A DNA stretch of 64,000 nucleotides, taken from positions 62,001-126,000 of the forward strand of contig JAUCBJ010007359.1 in assembly GCA_032718475.1 (NCBI GenBank), given 5' to 3'. Made by a program: the position numbers and the translations under genes. Below the pieces are notes generated by a model. It was given only the letters and a program-made list of their open reading frames with translations, was not told the origin of the DNA and did no database searches. Shown piece after piece: positions 37,401-53,704 of this stretch. Each line of letters starts with the position of its first letter. Position 1 is the stretch's first letter. This DNA comes from Nemertoderma westbladi (Eukaryota; Animalia; Xenacoelomorpha).

Positions 37401-40400
37401 GTTCTAGGAGTGATATACGATATATCACATGTTAGTTCTAGGAGTGATATACAGTACGATATATCACCTGTTAGTTCTAGGAGTGATATACGATATATCA
37501 CCTGTTAGTTCTGCGTGTGATATACGATATATCACCTGTTAGTTCTAGGAGTGATATACGATATATCACCTGTTAGTTCTAGGAGTGATATACAGTACGA
37601 TATATCACCTGTTAGTTCTAGGAGTGATATACGATATATCACCTGTTAGTTCTAGGAGTGATATACAGTACGATATATCACCTGTTAGTTCTAGGAGTGA
37701 TATACAGTACGATATATCACCTGTTAGTTCTAGGAGTGATATACGATATATCACCTGTTAGTTCTAGGAGTGATATACAGTACGATATATCACCTGTTAG
37801 TTCTAGGAGTGATATACGATATATCACCTGTTAGTTCTAGGAGTGATATACGATATATCACCTGTTAGTTCTAGGATTGATTTACGATATATCACCTGTT
37901 AGTTCTAGGAGTGATATACAGTACGATATATCACCTGTTAGTTCTAGGAGTGATATACGATATATCACCTGTTAGTTCTAGGAGTGATATACAGTACGAT
38001 ATATCACCTGTTAGTTCTAGGAGTGATATACGATATATCACCTGTTAGTTCTAGGAGTGATATACGATATATCACATGTTAGTTCTAGGAGTGATATACG
38101 ATATATCACCTGTTAGTTCTAGGAGTGATATACGATATATCACTTGTTAGTTCTAGGAGTGATATACGATATATCACCTGTTAGTTCTAGGATTGATTTA
38201 CGATATATCACCTGTTAGTTCTAGGAGTGATATACGATATATCACCTGTTAGTTCTAGGAGTGATATACGATATATCACATGTTAGTTCTAGAAGTGATA
38301 TACGATATATCACCTGTTAGTTCTAGGAGTGATATACGATATATCACTTGTTAGTTCTAGGAGTGATATACGATATATTACCTGTTAGTTCTAGGAGTGA
38401 TATACAGTACGATATATCACCTGTTAGTTCTAGGAGTGATATACGATATATCACTTGTTAGTTCTAGGAGTGATATACGATATATCACCTGTTAGTTCTA
38501 GGATTGATTTACGATATATCACCTGTTAGTTCTAGGAGTGATATACAGTACGATATATCACCTGTTAGTTCTAGGAGTGATATACGATATATCACCTGTT
38601 AGTTCTAGGAGTGATATACGATATATCACCTGTTAATTCTAGGAGTGATATACAGTACGATATATCACCTGTTAGTTCTAGGAGTGATATACGATATATC
38701 ACCTGTTAATTCTAGGAGTGATATACAGTACGATATATCACCTGTTAGTTCTAGGAGTGATATAGAGTACGATATATCACCTGTTAGTTCTAAGAATGAT
38801 ATACGATATATCACATGTTAGTTCTAGAAGTGATATACGATATTCTAGGAGTGATATACGATATATAACCTGTTAAGTCTAGGAGCGATATACGATATAT
38901 CACCTGTTAGTTCTAGGAGATATATACAGTACGATATATCACCTGTTAGTTCTAGGAGTGATATACGATATATCAACTGTTAGTTCTAGAAGTGATATAC
39001 TATATATCACCTGTTAGTTCTAGGAATGATATACGATATATCACCTGTTAGTTCTAGGTGTGATATACGATATATCACCTGTTAGTTCTACGAGTGCTAT
39101 ACAGTATGATATATCACCTGTTAGTTCTAGGAGTGATATACAGTACGATATATCACCCGTTAGTTCTAGGAGTGATATACGATATATCACCTGTTAGTTT
39201 TAGAAGTGATATACGATATATTACTTGTTAGTTCGAGGTGTGATATACGATATATCACCTGTTAGTTCTAGGAGTGATATACGATATATCACCTGTTAGT
39301 TCTAGGAGTGATATACAGTACGATATATCACCTGTTAGTTCTAGGAGTGATATACAGTACGATATATCACCTGTTAGTTCTAGGAGTGATATACGATATA
39401 TCACCTGTTAGTTCTAGGAGTGATATACGATATATCACCTGTTAGTTCTAGGAGTGATATACAGTACGATATATCACCTGTTAGTTCTAGGAGTGATATA
39501 CAGTACGATATATCACCTGTTAGTTCTAGGAGTGATATACGATATATCACCTGTTAGTTCTAGGAGTGATATACAGTACGATATATCACCTGTTAGTTCT
39601 AGGAGTGATATACGATATATCACTTGTTAGTTCTAGGAGTGATATACGATATATCACCTGTTAGTTTTAGAAGTGATATACGATATATTACTTGTTAGTT
39701 CGAGGTGTGATATACGATATATCACCTGTTAGTTCTAGGAGTGATATACGATATATCACCTGTTAGCTCTTGGAGTGATATACAGTACGATATATCACCT
39801 GTTAGTTCTAGGAGTGATATACGATATATCACCTGTTAGTTCTAGGAGTGATATACGATATATCACCTGTTAGTTCTAGGAGTGATATACAGTACGATAT
39901 ATCACCTGTTAGTTCTAGGAGTGATATACGATATATCACTTGTTAGTTCTAGGAGTGATATACGATATATCACCTGTTAGTTCTAGGATTGATTTACGAT
40001 ATATCACCTGTTAGTTCTAGGAGTGATATACAGTACGATATATCACCTGTTAGTTCTAGGAGTGATATACGATATATCACTTGTTAGTTCTAGGTGTTAG
40101 TTCTAGGATTGATTTACGATATATCACCTGTTAGTTCTAGGAGTGATATACAGTACGATATATCACCTTTAGTTCTAGGAGTGATATACGATATATCACC
40201 TGTTAGTTTTAGAAGTGATATACGATATATTACTTGTTAGTTCGAGGAGTGATATACGATATATCACCTGTTAGTTCTAGGAGTGATATACGATATATCA
40301 CCTGTTAGTTCTAGGAGTGATATACAGTACGATATATCACCTGTTAGTTCTAGGAGTGATATACTATATATCACCTGTTAGTTCTAGGAGTGATATACTA

Positions 40401-43400
40401 TATATCACCTGTTAGTTCTAGGAGTGATATACGATATATCACCTGTTAGTTCTAGGAGTGATATACAGTACGATATATCACCTGTTAGTTCTAGGAGTGA
40501 TATACGATATATCACTTGTTAGTTCTAGGAGTGATATACGATATATCACCTGTTAGTTCTAGGATTGATTTACGATATATCACCTGTTAGTTCTAGGAGT
40601 GATATACAGTACGATATATCACCTGTTAGTTCTAGGAGTGATATACGATATATCACTTGTTAGTTCTAGGTGTTAGTTCTAGGATTGATTTACGATATAT
40701 CACCTGTTAGTTCTAGGAGTGATATACAGTACGATATATCACCTTTAGTTCTAGGAGTGATATACGATATATCACCTGTTAGTTTTAGAAGTGATATACG
40801 ATATATTACTTGTTAGTTCGAGGAGTGATATACGATATATCACCTGTTAGTTCTAGGAGTGATATACGATATATCACCTGTTAGTTCTAGGAGTGATATA
40901 CAGTACGATATATCACCTGTTAGTTCTAGGAGTGATAGTACGATATATCACCTTTAGTTCTAGGAGTGATATACGATATATCACCTGTTAGTTTTAGAAG
41001 TGATATACGATATATTACTTGTTAGTTCTAGGAGTGATATACGATATATGACCTGTTAGTTCTAGGATTGATTTACGATATATCACCTGTTAGTTCTAGG
41101 AGTGATATACAGTACGATATATCACCTGTTAGTTCTAGGAGTGATATACGATATATCACCTGTTAGTTCTAGGAGTGATATACAGTACGATATATCACCT
41201 GTTAGTTCTACGTGTGATATACGATATATTACCTGTTAGTTCTAGGAGTGATATACGATATATCACATGTTAGTTCTAGGAGTGATATACGATATATTAC
41301 TTGTTAGTTCTAGGAGTGATATACGATATATGACCTGTTAGTTCTAGGATTGATTTACGATATATCACCTGTTAGTTCTAGGAGTGATATACAGTACGAT
41401 ATATCACCTGTTAGTTCTAGGAGTGATATACGATATATCACTTGTTAGTTCTAGGAGTGATATAGAGTACGATATATCACCTGTTAGTTCTAAGAATGAT
41501 ATACGATATATCACCTGTTAGTTCTAGAAGTGATATACGATATATCACCTGTTAGTTCTAGGAGTGATATACGATATATCACCTGTTAGTTCTAGTAGTG
41601 ATATACGATATATCACCTGTTAGTTCTAGGAGTGATATACAGTACGATATATCACCTGTTAGTTCTAGGAGTGATTATACGATATATCAACTGTTAGTTC
41701 TAGGAGTGATATACAGTACGATATATCACCTGTTAGTTCTAGGAGTGATATACGATATATCACCTGTTAGTTCTAGGAGTGATATACGATATATCACCTG
41801 TTAGTTCTAAGAATGATATACGATATATCACCTGTTAGTTCTAGGAGTGATATACGATATATCACCTGTTAGTTCTAGGAGTGATATACAGTACGATATA
41901 TCACCTGTTAGTTCTAGTAGTGATATACGATATATCACCTGTTAGTTCTATGAGTGATATACAGTACGATATATCACCTGTTAGTTCTAGGAGTGATATA
42001 CGATATATCACTGTTAGTTCTAGAGTGATATACGATATATCACCTGTTAGTTCTAGGAGTGATATACAGTACGATATATCACCTGTTAGTTCTAGGAGTG
42101 ATATACGATATATCACCTGTTAGTTCTAGGAGTGATATACGATATATCACCTGTTAGTTCTAGGAGTGATATACGATATATCACCTGTTAGTTCTAGAGT
42201 GATATACGATATATCACCTGTTAGTTCTAGGAGTGATATACAGTACGATATATCACCTGTTAGTTCTAGGAGTGATATACAGTACGATATATCACCTGTT
42301 AGTTCTAGGAGTGATATACGATATATCAACTGTTAGTTCTAGAAGTGATATACTATATATCACCTGTTAGTTCTAGGAATGATATACGATATATCACCTG
42401 TTAGTTCTAGGTGTGATATACGATATATCACCTGTTAGTTCTACGAGTGATATACGTGATATATCACCTGTTAGTTCTAGGAGTGATATACAGTACGATA
42501 TATCACCCGTTAGTTCTAGGAGTGATATACGATATATCACCTGTTAGTTTTAGAAGTGATATACGATATATTACTTGTTAGTTAGGTGTGATATACGATA
42601 TATCACCTGTTAGTTCTAGGAGTGATATACGATATATCACCTGTTAGTTCTAGGAGTGATATACAGTACGATATATCACCTGTTAGTTCTAGGAGTGATA
42701 TACGATATATCACTTGTTAGTTCTAGGAGTGATATACGATATATCACCTGTTAGTTCTAGGATTGATTTACGATATATCACCTGTTAGTTCTAGGAGTGA
42801 TATACAGTACGATATATCACCTGTTAGTTCTAGGATTGATTTACGATATATCACCTGTTAGTTCTAGGAGTGATATACAGTACGATATATCACCTGTTAG
42901 TTCTAGGAGTGATATACGATATATCACTTGTTAGTTCTAGGTGTTAGTTCTAGGATTGATTTACGATATATCACCTGTTAGTTCTAGGAGTGATATACAG
43001 TACGATATATCACCTTTAGTTCTAGGAGTGATATACGATATATCACCTGTTAGTTTTAGAAGTGATATACGATATATTACTTGTTAGTTCGAGGAGTGAT
43101 ATACGATATATCACCTGTTAGTTCTAGGAGTGATATACGATATATCACCTGTTAGTTCTAGGAGTGATATACAGTACGATATATCACCTGTTAGTTCTAG
43201 GAGTGATATACAGTACGATATATCACCTTTAGTTCTAGGAGTGATATACGATATATCACCTGTTAGTTTTAGAAGTGATATACGATATATTACTTGTTAG
43301 TTCTAGGAGTGATATACGATATATGACCTGTTAGTTCTAGGATTGATTTACGATATATCACCTGTTAGTTCTAGGAGTGATATACAGTACGATATATCAC

Positions 43401-45638
43401 CTGTTAGTTCTAGGAGTGATATACGATATATCACCTGTTAGTTCTAGGAGTGATATACAGTACGATATATCACCTGTTAGTTCTACGTGTGATATACGAT
43501 ATATTACCTGTTAGTTCTAGGAGTGATATACGATATATCACATGTTAGTTCTAGGAGTGATATACGATATATTACTTGTTAGTTCTAGGAGTGATATACG
43601 ATATATGACCTGTTAGTTCTAGGATTGATTTACGATATATCACCTGTTAGTTCTAGGAGTGATATACAGTACGATATATCACCTGTTAGTTCTAGGAGTG
43701 ATATACGATATATCACTTGTTAGTTCTAGGAGTGATATAGAGTACGATATATCACCTGTTAGTTCTAAGAATGATATACGATATATCACATGTTAGTTCT
43801 AGAAGTGATATACGATATATTACCTGTTAGTTCTATGAGTGATATACGATATATCACCTGTTAGTTTTAGAAGTGATATACGATATATTACTTGTTAGTT
43901 CTAGGAGTGATATACGATATATGACCTGTTAGTTCTAGGATTGATTTACGATATATCACCTGTTAGTTCTAGGAGTGATATACAGTACGATATATCACCT
44001 GTTAGTTCTAGGAGTGATATACGATATATCACTTGTTAGTTCTAGGAGTGATATAGAGTACGATATATCACCTGTTAGTTCTAAGAATGATATACGATAT
44101 ATCACCTGTTAGTTCTAGAAGTGATATACGATATATCACCTGTTAGTTCTAGGAGTGATATACAGTACGATATATCACCTGTTAGTTCTAGTAGTGATAT
44201 ACGATATATCACCTGTTAGTTCTATGAGTGATATACAGTACGATATATCACCTGTTAGTTCTAGGAGTGATATACAGTACGATATATCAACTGTTAGCTC
44301 TTGGAGTGATATACAGTACGATATATCACCTGTTAGTTCTAGGAGTGATATACGATATATCACCTGTTAGTTCTAGGAGTGATATACGATATATCAACTG
44401 TTAGTTCTAGGAGTGATATACGATATTCTAGGAGTGATATACGATATATAACCTGTTAAGTCTAGGAGCGATATACGATATATCACCTGTTAGTTCTAGG
44501 AGATATATACAGTACGATATATCACCTGTTAGTTCTAGGAGTGATATACGATATATCAACTGTTAGTTCTAGAAGTGATATACTATATATCACCTGTTAG
44601 TTCTAGGAATGATATACGATATATCACCTGTTAGTTCTAGGAGATATATACAGTACGATATATCACCTGTTAGTTCTAGGAGTGATATACGATATATCAC
44701 CTGTTAGTTCTAGGGGTGATATACGATATATCACCTGTTAGTTCTAGTAGTGATATACGATATATCACCTGTTAGTTCTACGAGTGCTATACAGTATGAT
44801 ATATCACCTGTTAGTTCTAGGAGTGATATACAGTACGATATATCACCCGTTAGTTCTAGGAGTGATATACGATATATCACCTGTTAGTTTTAGAAGTGAT
44901 ATACGATATATTACTTGTTAGTTAGGTGTGATATACGATATATCACCTGTTAGTTCTAGGAGTGATATACGATATATCACCTGTTAGTTCTAGGAGTGAT
45001 ATACAGTACGATATATCACCTGTTAGTTCTAGGAGTGATATACGATATATCACTTGTTAGTTCTAGGAGTGATATACGATATATCACCTGTTAGTTCTAG
45101 GATTGATTTACGATATATCACCTGTTAGTTCTAGGAGTGATATACAGTACGATATATCACCTGTTAGTTCTAGGAGTGATATACGATATATCACTTGTTA
45201 GTTCTAGGAGTGATATACGATATATCACCTGTTAGTTCTAGGAGTGATATACGATATATCACCTGTTAGTTCTAGGAGTGATATACAGTACGATATATCA
45301 CCTGTTAGTTCTAGGAGTGATATACAGTACGATATATCACCTGTTAGTTCTAGGAGTGATATACGATATATCACTTGTTAGTTCTAGGAGTGATATACGA
45401 TATATCACCTGTTAGTTCTAGGATTGATTTACGATATATCACCTGTTAGTTCTAGGAGTGATATACAGTACGATATATCACCTGTTAGTTCTAGGAGTGA
45501 TATACGATATATCACTTGTTAGTTCTAGGAGTGATATACGATATATCACCTGTTAGTTCTAGGATTGATTTACGATATATCACCTGTTAGTTCTAGGAGT
45601 GATATACAGTACGATATATCACCTTTAGTTCTAGGAGT

Positions 45639-46389
45639 TTTTTTTTTACTACTGCTAAGTATTTGATAGTATAATAACATAGTTGATACAATGGATTTCA
45701 AATTGCACTATTACACCCTATCACCAAATCTGATTTATACAATGAGGTACAGTGATACGGATGTAAGGGGGAAATTCAAAACAGTTGGTTGTTTATGTTG
45801 TAGGCCTACTGGTCAGCTATTGTAGGCCTGTACGACTGCGCTGTACTACCAGGCTACGGCTCAGTGTCGGCGTTGTCCAACCAAATGGAGGCATCAGACA
45901 CTGGACAATGAACCGGCCGTTTAGAGGCTGACCTACAACCTCGAAGGCAGAGCAGGGAGGAACGAAGCAACGCGAAGTTTAACTTGCGCCGGATCCACGT
46001 GACGCATTCCGAGTACCTGACCTCGCGTTTGTCCGCGAGCTTCTGTCCCAGGCGCTTAACAAACTGGCGCGTGGTCGGCGCCATCCCGCCAAAGGCCGAG
46101 AATATGAGGGGGACGAAAGTAGAATGTTCCACCTCCCGTATCCTCTCCTCGTACTTAAGAATCTTACGATTCTCGTGGTGGAGGTGCGCTGCGTCTAGGG
46201 ACATAGCCGCGTTCGTCGCCGCCAGCGGGTTAAACACGGACACGTCGATGAACGACCGCTGGAATCGGTTTCCCCAGAAGCCGCTCACAGACACATCCAG
46301 CCTCGCCTGCTGGTCCGTCGAGGTGGTACGATGGGTGAAAGTTTCACCGGATAACGACTGGAGCATCGGCTCAACAGCAACGCTGTACA
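45639..46389 (-). mobile_element. 5'-truncated CRE-like (RLE-type) non-LTR retrotransposon, copy 1
   Basis: ARLDVSVSGFW...FIDVSVFNP...HENRKILKYE...FVPLIFSAFGGM...LNFALLRS..LCLRG matches the C-terminal endonuclease region of metazoan CRE elements. 3' UTR, A10 tail, 13-14-bp TSD TTAGTTCTAGGAG(T) at 45625-45638 and 46390-46403. Confidence 0.85.
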
Positions 46390-49300
46390 TTAGTTCTAGG
46401 AGTGATATACGATATATCACCTGTTAGTTTTAGAAGTGATATACGATATATTACTTGTTAGTTCGAGGAGTGATATACGATATATCACCTGTTAGTTCTA
46501 GGAGTGATATACGATATATCACCTGTTAGTTCTAGGAGTGCTATACAGTACGATATATCACCTGTTAGTTCGAGGAGTGATATACGATATATCACCTGTT
46601 AGTTCTAGGTGTGATATACGATATATCACCTGTTAGTTCTACGAGTGCTATACAGTATGATATATCACCTGTTAGTTCTAGGAGTGATATACAGTACGAT
46701 ATATCACCCGTTAGTTCTAGGAGTGATATACGATATATCACCTGTTAGTTTTAGAAGTGATATACGATATATTACTTGTTAGTTCGAGGTGTGATATACG
46801 ATATATCACCTGTTAGTTCTAGGAGTGATATACGATATATCACCTGTTAGTTCTAGGAGTGATATACAGTACGATATATCACCTGTTAGTTCTAGGAGTG
46901 ATATACAGTACGATATATCACCGGTTAGTTCTAGGAGTGATATACGATATATCACCTGTTAGTTCTAGGAGTGATATACGATATATCACCTGTTAGTTCT
47001 AGGAGTGATATACAGTACGATATATCACCTGTTAGTTCTAGGAGTGATATACAGTACGATATATCACCTGTTAGTTCTAGGAGTGATATACGATATATCA
47101 CCTGTTAGTTCTAGGAGTGATATACAGTACGATATATCACCTGTTAGTTCTAGGAGTGATATACGATATATCACTTGTTAGTTCTAGGAGTGATATACGA
47201 TATATCACCTGTTAGTTTTAGAAGTGATATACGATATATTACTTGTTAGTTCGAGGTGTGATATACGATATATCACCTGTTAGTTCTAGGAGTGATATAC
47301 GATATATCACCTGTTAGCTCTTGGAGTGATATACAGTACGATATATCACCTGTTAGTTCTAGGAGTGATATACGATATATCACCTGTTAGTTCTAGGAGT
47401 GATATACGATATATCACCTGTTAGTTCTAGGAGTGATATACAGTACGATATATCACCTGTTAGTTCTAGGAGTGATATACGATATATCACTTGTTAGTTC
47501 TAGGAGTGATATACGATATATCACCTGTTAGTTCTAGGATTGATTTACGATATATCACCTGTTAGTTCTAGGAGTGATATACAGTACGATATATCACCTG
47601 TTAGTTCTAGGAGTGATATACGATATATCACTTGTTAGTTCTAGGTGTTAGTTCTAGGATTGATTTACGATATATCACCTGTTAGTTCTAGGAGTGATAT
47701 ACAGTACGATATATCACCTTTAGTTCTAGGAGTGATATACGATATATCACCTGTTAGTTTTAGAAGTGATATACGATATATTACTTGTTAGTTCGAGGAG
47801 TGATATACGATATATCACCTGTTAGTTCTAGGAGTGATATACGATATATCACCTGTTAGTTCTAGGAGTGATATACAGTACGATATATCACCTGTTAGTT
47901 CTAGGAGTGATATACTATATATCACCTGTTAGTTCTAGGAGTGATATACTATATATCACCTGTTAGTTCTAGGAGTGATATACGATATATCACCTGTTAG
48001 TTCTAGGAGTGATATACAGTACGATATATCACCTGTTAGTTCTAGGAGTGATATACGATATATCACTTGTTAGTTCTAGGAGTGATATACGATATATCAC
48101 CTGTTAGTTCTAGGATTGATTTACGATATATCACCTGTTAGTTCTAGGAGTGATATACAGTACGATATATCACCTGTTAGTTCTAGGAGTGATATACGAT
48201 ATATCACTTGTTAGTTCTAGGTGTTAGTTCTAGGATTGATTTACGATATATCACCTGTTAGTTCTAGGAGTGATATACAGTACGATATATCACCTTTAGT
48301 TCTAGGAGTGATATACGATATATCACCTGTTAGTTTTAGAAGTGATATACGATATATTACTTGTTAGTTCGAGGAGTGATATACGATATATCACCTGTTA
48401 GTTCTAGGAGTGATATACGATATATCACCTGTTAGTTCTAGGAGTGATATACAGTACGATATATCACCTGTTAGTTCTAGGAGTGATATACGATATATCA
48501 CCTGTTAGTTCTAGGAGTGATATACGATATATCACCTGTTAGTTCTAGGAGTGATATACGATATATCACCTGTTAGTTCTAGGAGTGATATACAGTACGA
48601 TATATCACCTGTTAGTTCTAGGAGTGATATACGATATATCACCTGTTAGTTCTAGGAGTGATATACGATATATCACCTGTTAGTTCTAGGAGTGTATCAG
48701 TACGATATATCACCTGTTAGTTCTAGGAGTGATATACGATATATCACCTGTTAGTTCTAGGAGTGATATACGATATATCACCTGTTAGTTCTAGGAGTGA
48801 TATACGATATATCACCTGTTAGTTCTAGGAGTGATATACGATATATCACCTGTTAGTTCTAGGAGTGATATACAGTACGATATATCACCTGTTAGTTCTA
48901 GGAGTGATATACAGTACGATATATCACCTGTTAGTTCTAGGAGTGATATACGATATATCACCTGTTAGTTCTAGGAGTGATATACGATATATCACTTGTT
49001 AGTTCTAGGAGTGATATACGATATATCACCTGTTAGTTCTAGGATTGATTTACGATATATCACCTGTTAGTTCTAGGAGTGATATACAGTACGATATATC
49101 ACCTGTTAGTTCTAGGAGTGATATACGATATATCACCTGTTAGTTCTAGGAGTGATATACGATATATCACCTGTTAGTTCTAGGAGTGATATACGATATA
49201 TCACCTGTTAGTTCTAGGAGTGATATACGATATATCACTTGTTAGTTCTAGGAGTGATATACGATATATCACCTGTTAGTTCTAGGATTGATTTACGATA

Positions 49301-52300
49301 TATCACCTGTTAGTTCTAGGAGTGATATACAGTACGATATATCACCTGTTAGTTCTAGGAGTGATATACGATATATCACCTGTTAGTTCTAGGAGTGATA
49401 TACAGTACGATATATCACCTGTTAGTTCTACGTGTGATATACGATATATCACCTGTTAGTTCTAGGAGTGATATACGATATATCACATGTTAGTTCTAGG
49501 AGTGATATACGATATATTACTTGTTAGTTCTAGGAGTGATATACGATATATGACCTGTTAGTTCTAGGATTGATTTACGATATATCACCTGTTAGTTCTA
49601 GGAGTGATATACAGTACGATATATCACCTGTTAGTTCTAGGAGTGATATACGATATATCACTTGTTAGTTCTAGGAGTGATATAGAGTACGATATATCAC
49701 CTGTTAGTTCTAAGAATGATATACGATATATCACATGTTAGTTCTAGAAGTGATATACGATATATTACCTGTTAGTTCTATGAGTGATATACGATATATC
49801 ACCTGTTAGTTTTAGAAGTGATATACGATATATTACTTGTTAGTTCTAGGAGTGATATACGATATATGACCTGTTAGTTCTAGGATTGATTTACGATATA
49901 TCACCTGTTAGTTCTAGGAGTGATATACAGTACGATATATCACCTGTTAGTTCTAGGAGTGATATACGATATATCACTTGTTAGTTCTAGGAGTGATATA
50001 GAGTACGATATATCACCTGTTAGTTCTAGGAGTGATATACGATATATCACCTGTTAGTTCTAGAAGTGATATACGATATATCACCTGTTAGTTCTAGGAG
50101 TGATATACAGTACGATATATCACCTGTTAGTTCTAGTAGTGATATACGATATATCACCTGTTAGTTCTATGAGTGATATACAGTACGATATATCACCTGT
50201 TAGTTCTAGGAGTGATATACAGTACGATATATCAACTGTTAGCTCTTGGAGTGATATACAGTACGATATATCACCTGTTAGTTCTAGGAGTGATATACGA
50301 TATATCACCTGTTAGTTCTAGGAGTGATATACGATATATCAACTGTTAGTTCTAGGAGTGATATACGATATTCTAGGAGTGATATACGATATATAACCTG
50401 TTAAGTCTAGGAGCGATATACGATATATCACCTGTTAGTTCTAGGAGATATATACAGTACGATATATCACCTGTTAGTTCTAGGAGTGATATACGATATA
50501 TCAACTGTTAGTTCTAGAAGTGATATACTATATATCACCTGTTAGTTCTAGGAATGATATACGATATATCACCTGTTAGTTCTAGGTGTGATATACGATA
50601 TATCACCTGTTAGTTCTACGAGTGATATACGATATATCACCTGTTAGTTCTAGGAGTGATATACAGTACGATATATCACCCGTTAGTTCTAGGAGTGATA
50701 TACGATATATCACCTGTTAGTTTTAGAAGTGATATACGATATATTACTTGTTAGTTAGGTGTGATATACGATATATCACCTGTTAGTTCTAGGAGTGATA
50801 TACGATATATCACCTGTTAGTTCTAGGAGTGATATACAGTACGATATATCACCTGTTAGTTCTAGGAGTGATATACGATATATCACTTGTTAGTTCTAGG
50901 AGTGATATACGATATATCACCTGTTAGTTCTAGGATTGATTTACGATATATCACCTGTTAGTTCTAGGAGTGATATACAGTACGATATATCACCTGTTAG
51001 TTCTAGGATTGATTTACGATATATCACCTGTTAGTTCTAGGAGTGATATACAGTACGATATATCACCTGTTAGTTCTAGGAGTGATATACGATATATCAC
51101 TTGTTAGTTCTAGGTGTTAGTTCTAGGATTGATTTACGATATATCACCTGTTAGTTCTAGGAGTGATATACAGTACGATATATCACCTTTAGTTCTAGGA
51201 GTGATATACGATATATCACCTGTTAGTTTTAGAAGTGATATACGATATATTACTTGTTAGTTCGAGGAGTGATATACGATATATCACCTGTTAGTTCTAG
51301 GAGTGATATACGATATATCACCTGTTAGTTCTAGGAGTGATATACAGTACGATATATCACCTGTTAGTTCTAGGAGTGATATACAGTACGATATATCACC
51401 TTTAGTTCTAGGAGTGATATACGATATATCACCTGTTAGTTTTAGAAGTGATATACGATATATTACTTGTTAGTTCTAGGAGTGATATACGATATATGAC
51501 CTGTTAGTTCTAGGATTGATTTACGATATATCACCTGTTAGTTCTAGGAGTGATATACAGTACGATATATCACCTGTTAGTTCTAGGAGTGATATACGAT
51601 ATATCACCTGTTAGTTCTAGGAGTGATATACAGTACGATATATCACCTGTTAGTTCTACGTGTGATATACGATATATTACCTGTTAGTTCTAGGAGTGAT
51701 ATACGATATATCACATGTTAGTTCTAGGAGTGATATACGATATATTACTTGTTAGTTCTAGGAGTGATATACGATATATGACCTGTTAGTTCTAGGATTG
51801 ATTTACGATATATCACCTGTTAGTTCTAGGAGTGATATACAGTACGATATATCACCTGTTAGTTCTAGGAGTGATATACGATATATCACTTGTTAGTTCT
51901 AGGAGTGATATAGAGTACGATATATCACCTGTTAGTTCTAAGAATGATATACGATATATCACATGTTAGTTCTAGAAGTGATATACGATATATTACCTGT
52001 TAGTTCTATGAGTGATATACGATATATCACCTGTTAGTTTTAGAAGTGATATACGATATATTACTTGTTAGTTCTAGGAGTGATATACGATATATGACCT
52101 GTTAGTTCTAGGATTGATTTACGATATATCACCTGTTAGTTCTAGGAGTGATATACAGTACGATATATCACCTGTTAGTTCTAGGAGTGATATACGATAT
52201 ATCACTTGTTAGTTCTAGGAGTGATATAGAGTACGATATATCACCTGTTAGTTCTAAGAATGATATACGATATATCACCTGTTAGTTCTAGAAGTGATAT

Positions 52301-53704
52301 ACGATATATCACCTGTTAGTTCTAGGAGTGATATACAGTACGATATATCACCTGTTAGTTCTAGTAGTGATATACGATATATCACCTGTTAGTTCTATGA
52401 GTGATATACAGTACGATATATCACCTGTTAGTTCTAGGAGTGATATACAGTACGATATATCAACTGTTAGCTCTTGGAGTGATATACAGTACGATATATC
52501 ACCTGTTAGTTCTAGGAGTGATATACGATATATCACCTGTTAGTTCTAGGAGTGATATACGATATATCAACTGTTAGTTCTAGGAGTGATATACGATATT
52601 CTAGGAGTGATATACGATATATAACCTGTTAAGTCTAGGAGCGATATACGATATATCACCTGTTAGTTCTAGGAGATATATACAGTACGATATATCACCT
52701 GTTAGTTCTAGGAGTGATATACGATATATCAACTGTTAGTTCTAGAAGTGATATACTATATATCACCTGTTAGTTCTAGGAATGATATACGATATATCAC
52801 CTGTTAGTTCTAGGTGTGATATACGATATATCACCTGTTAGTTCTACGAGTGCTATACAGTATGATATATCACCTGTTAGTTCTAGGAGTGATATACAGT
52901 ACGATATATCACCCGTTAGTTCTAGGAGTGATATACGATATATCACCTGTTAGTTTTAGAAGTGATATACGATATATTACTTGTTAGTTAGGTGTGATAT
53001 ACGATATATCACCTGTTAGTTCTAGGAGTGATATACGATATATCACCTGTTAGTTCTAGGAGTGATATACAGTACGATATATCACCTGTTAGTTCTAGGA
53101 GTGATATACGATATATCACTTGTTAGTTCTAGGAGTGATATACGATATATCACCTGTTAGTTCTAGGATTGATTTACGATATATCACCTGTTAGTTCTAG
53201 GAGTGATATACAGTACGATATATCACCTGTTAGTTCTAGGAGTGATATACGATATATCACTTGTTAGTTCTAGGAGTGATATACGATATATCACCTGTTA
53301 GTTCTAGGAGTGATATACGATATATCACCTGTTAGTTCTAGGAGTGATATACAGTACGATATATCACCTGTTAGTTCTAGGAGTGATATACAGTACGATA
53401 TATCACCTGTTAGTTCTAGGAGTGATATACGATATATCACTTGTTAGTTCTAGGAGTGATATACGATATATCACCTGTTAGTTCTAGGATTGATTTACGA
53501 TATATCACCTGTTAGTTCTAGGAGTGATATACAGTACGATATATCACCTGTTAGTTCTAGGAGTGATATACGATATATCACTTGTTAGTTCTAGGAGTGA
53601 TATACGATATATCACCTGTTAGTTCTAGGATTGATTTACGATATATCACCTGTTAGTTCTAGGAGTGATATACAGTACGATATATCACCTTTAGTTCTAG
53701 GAGT

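Noticed and set aside
45625-45638. Target TTAGTTCTAGGAG as a degenerate telomeric TTAGGG repeat
   Set aside because: The resemblance is too weak, and no true telomeric tract occurs in the window.
46391-46420. N-terminal MIYRISLLEL of the 188-aa ORF
   Set aside because: Satellite-derived, outside the retrotransposon boundary set by the TSD.
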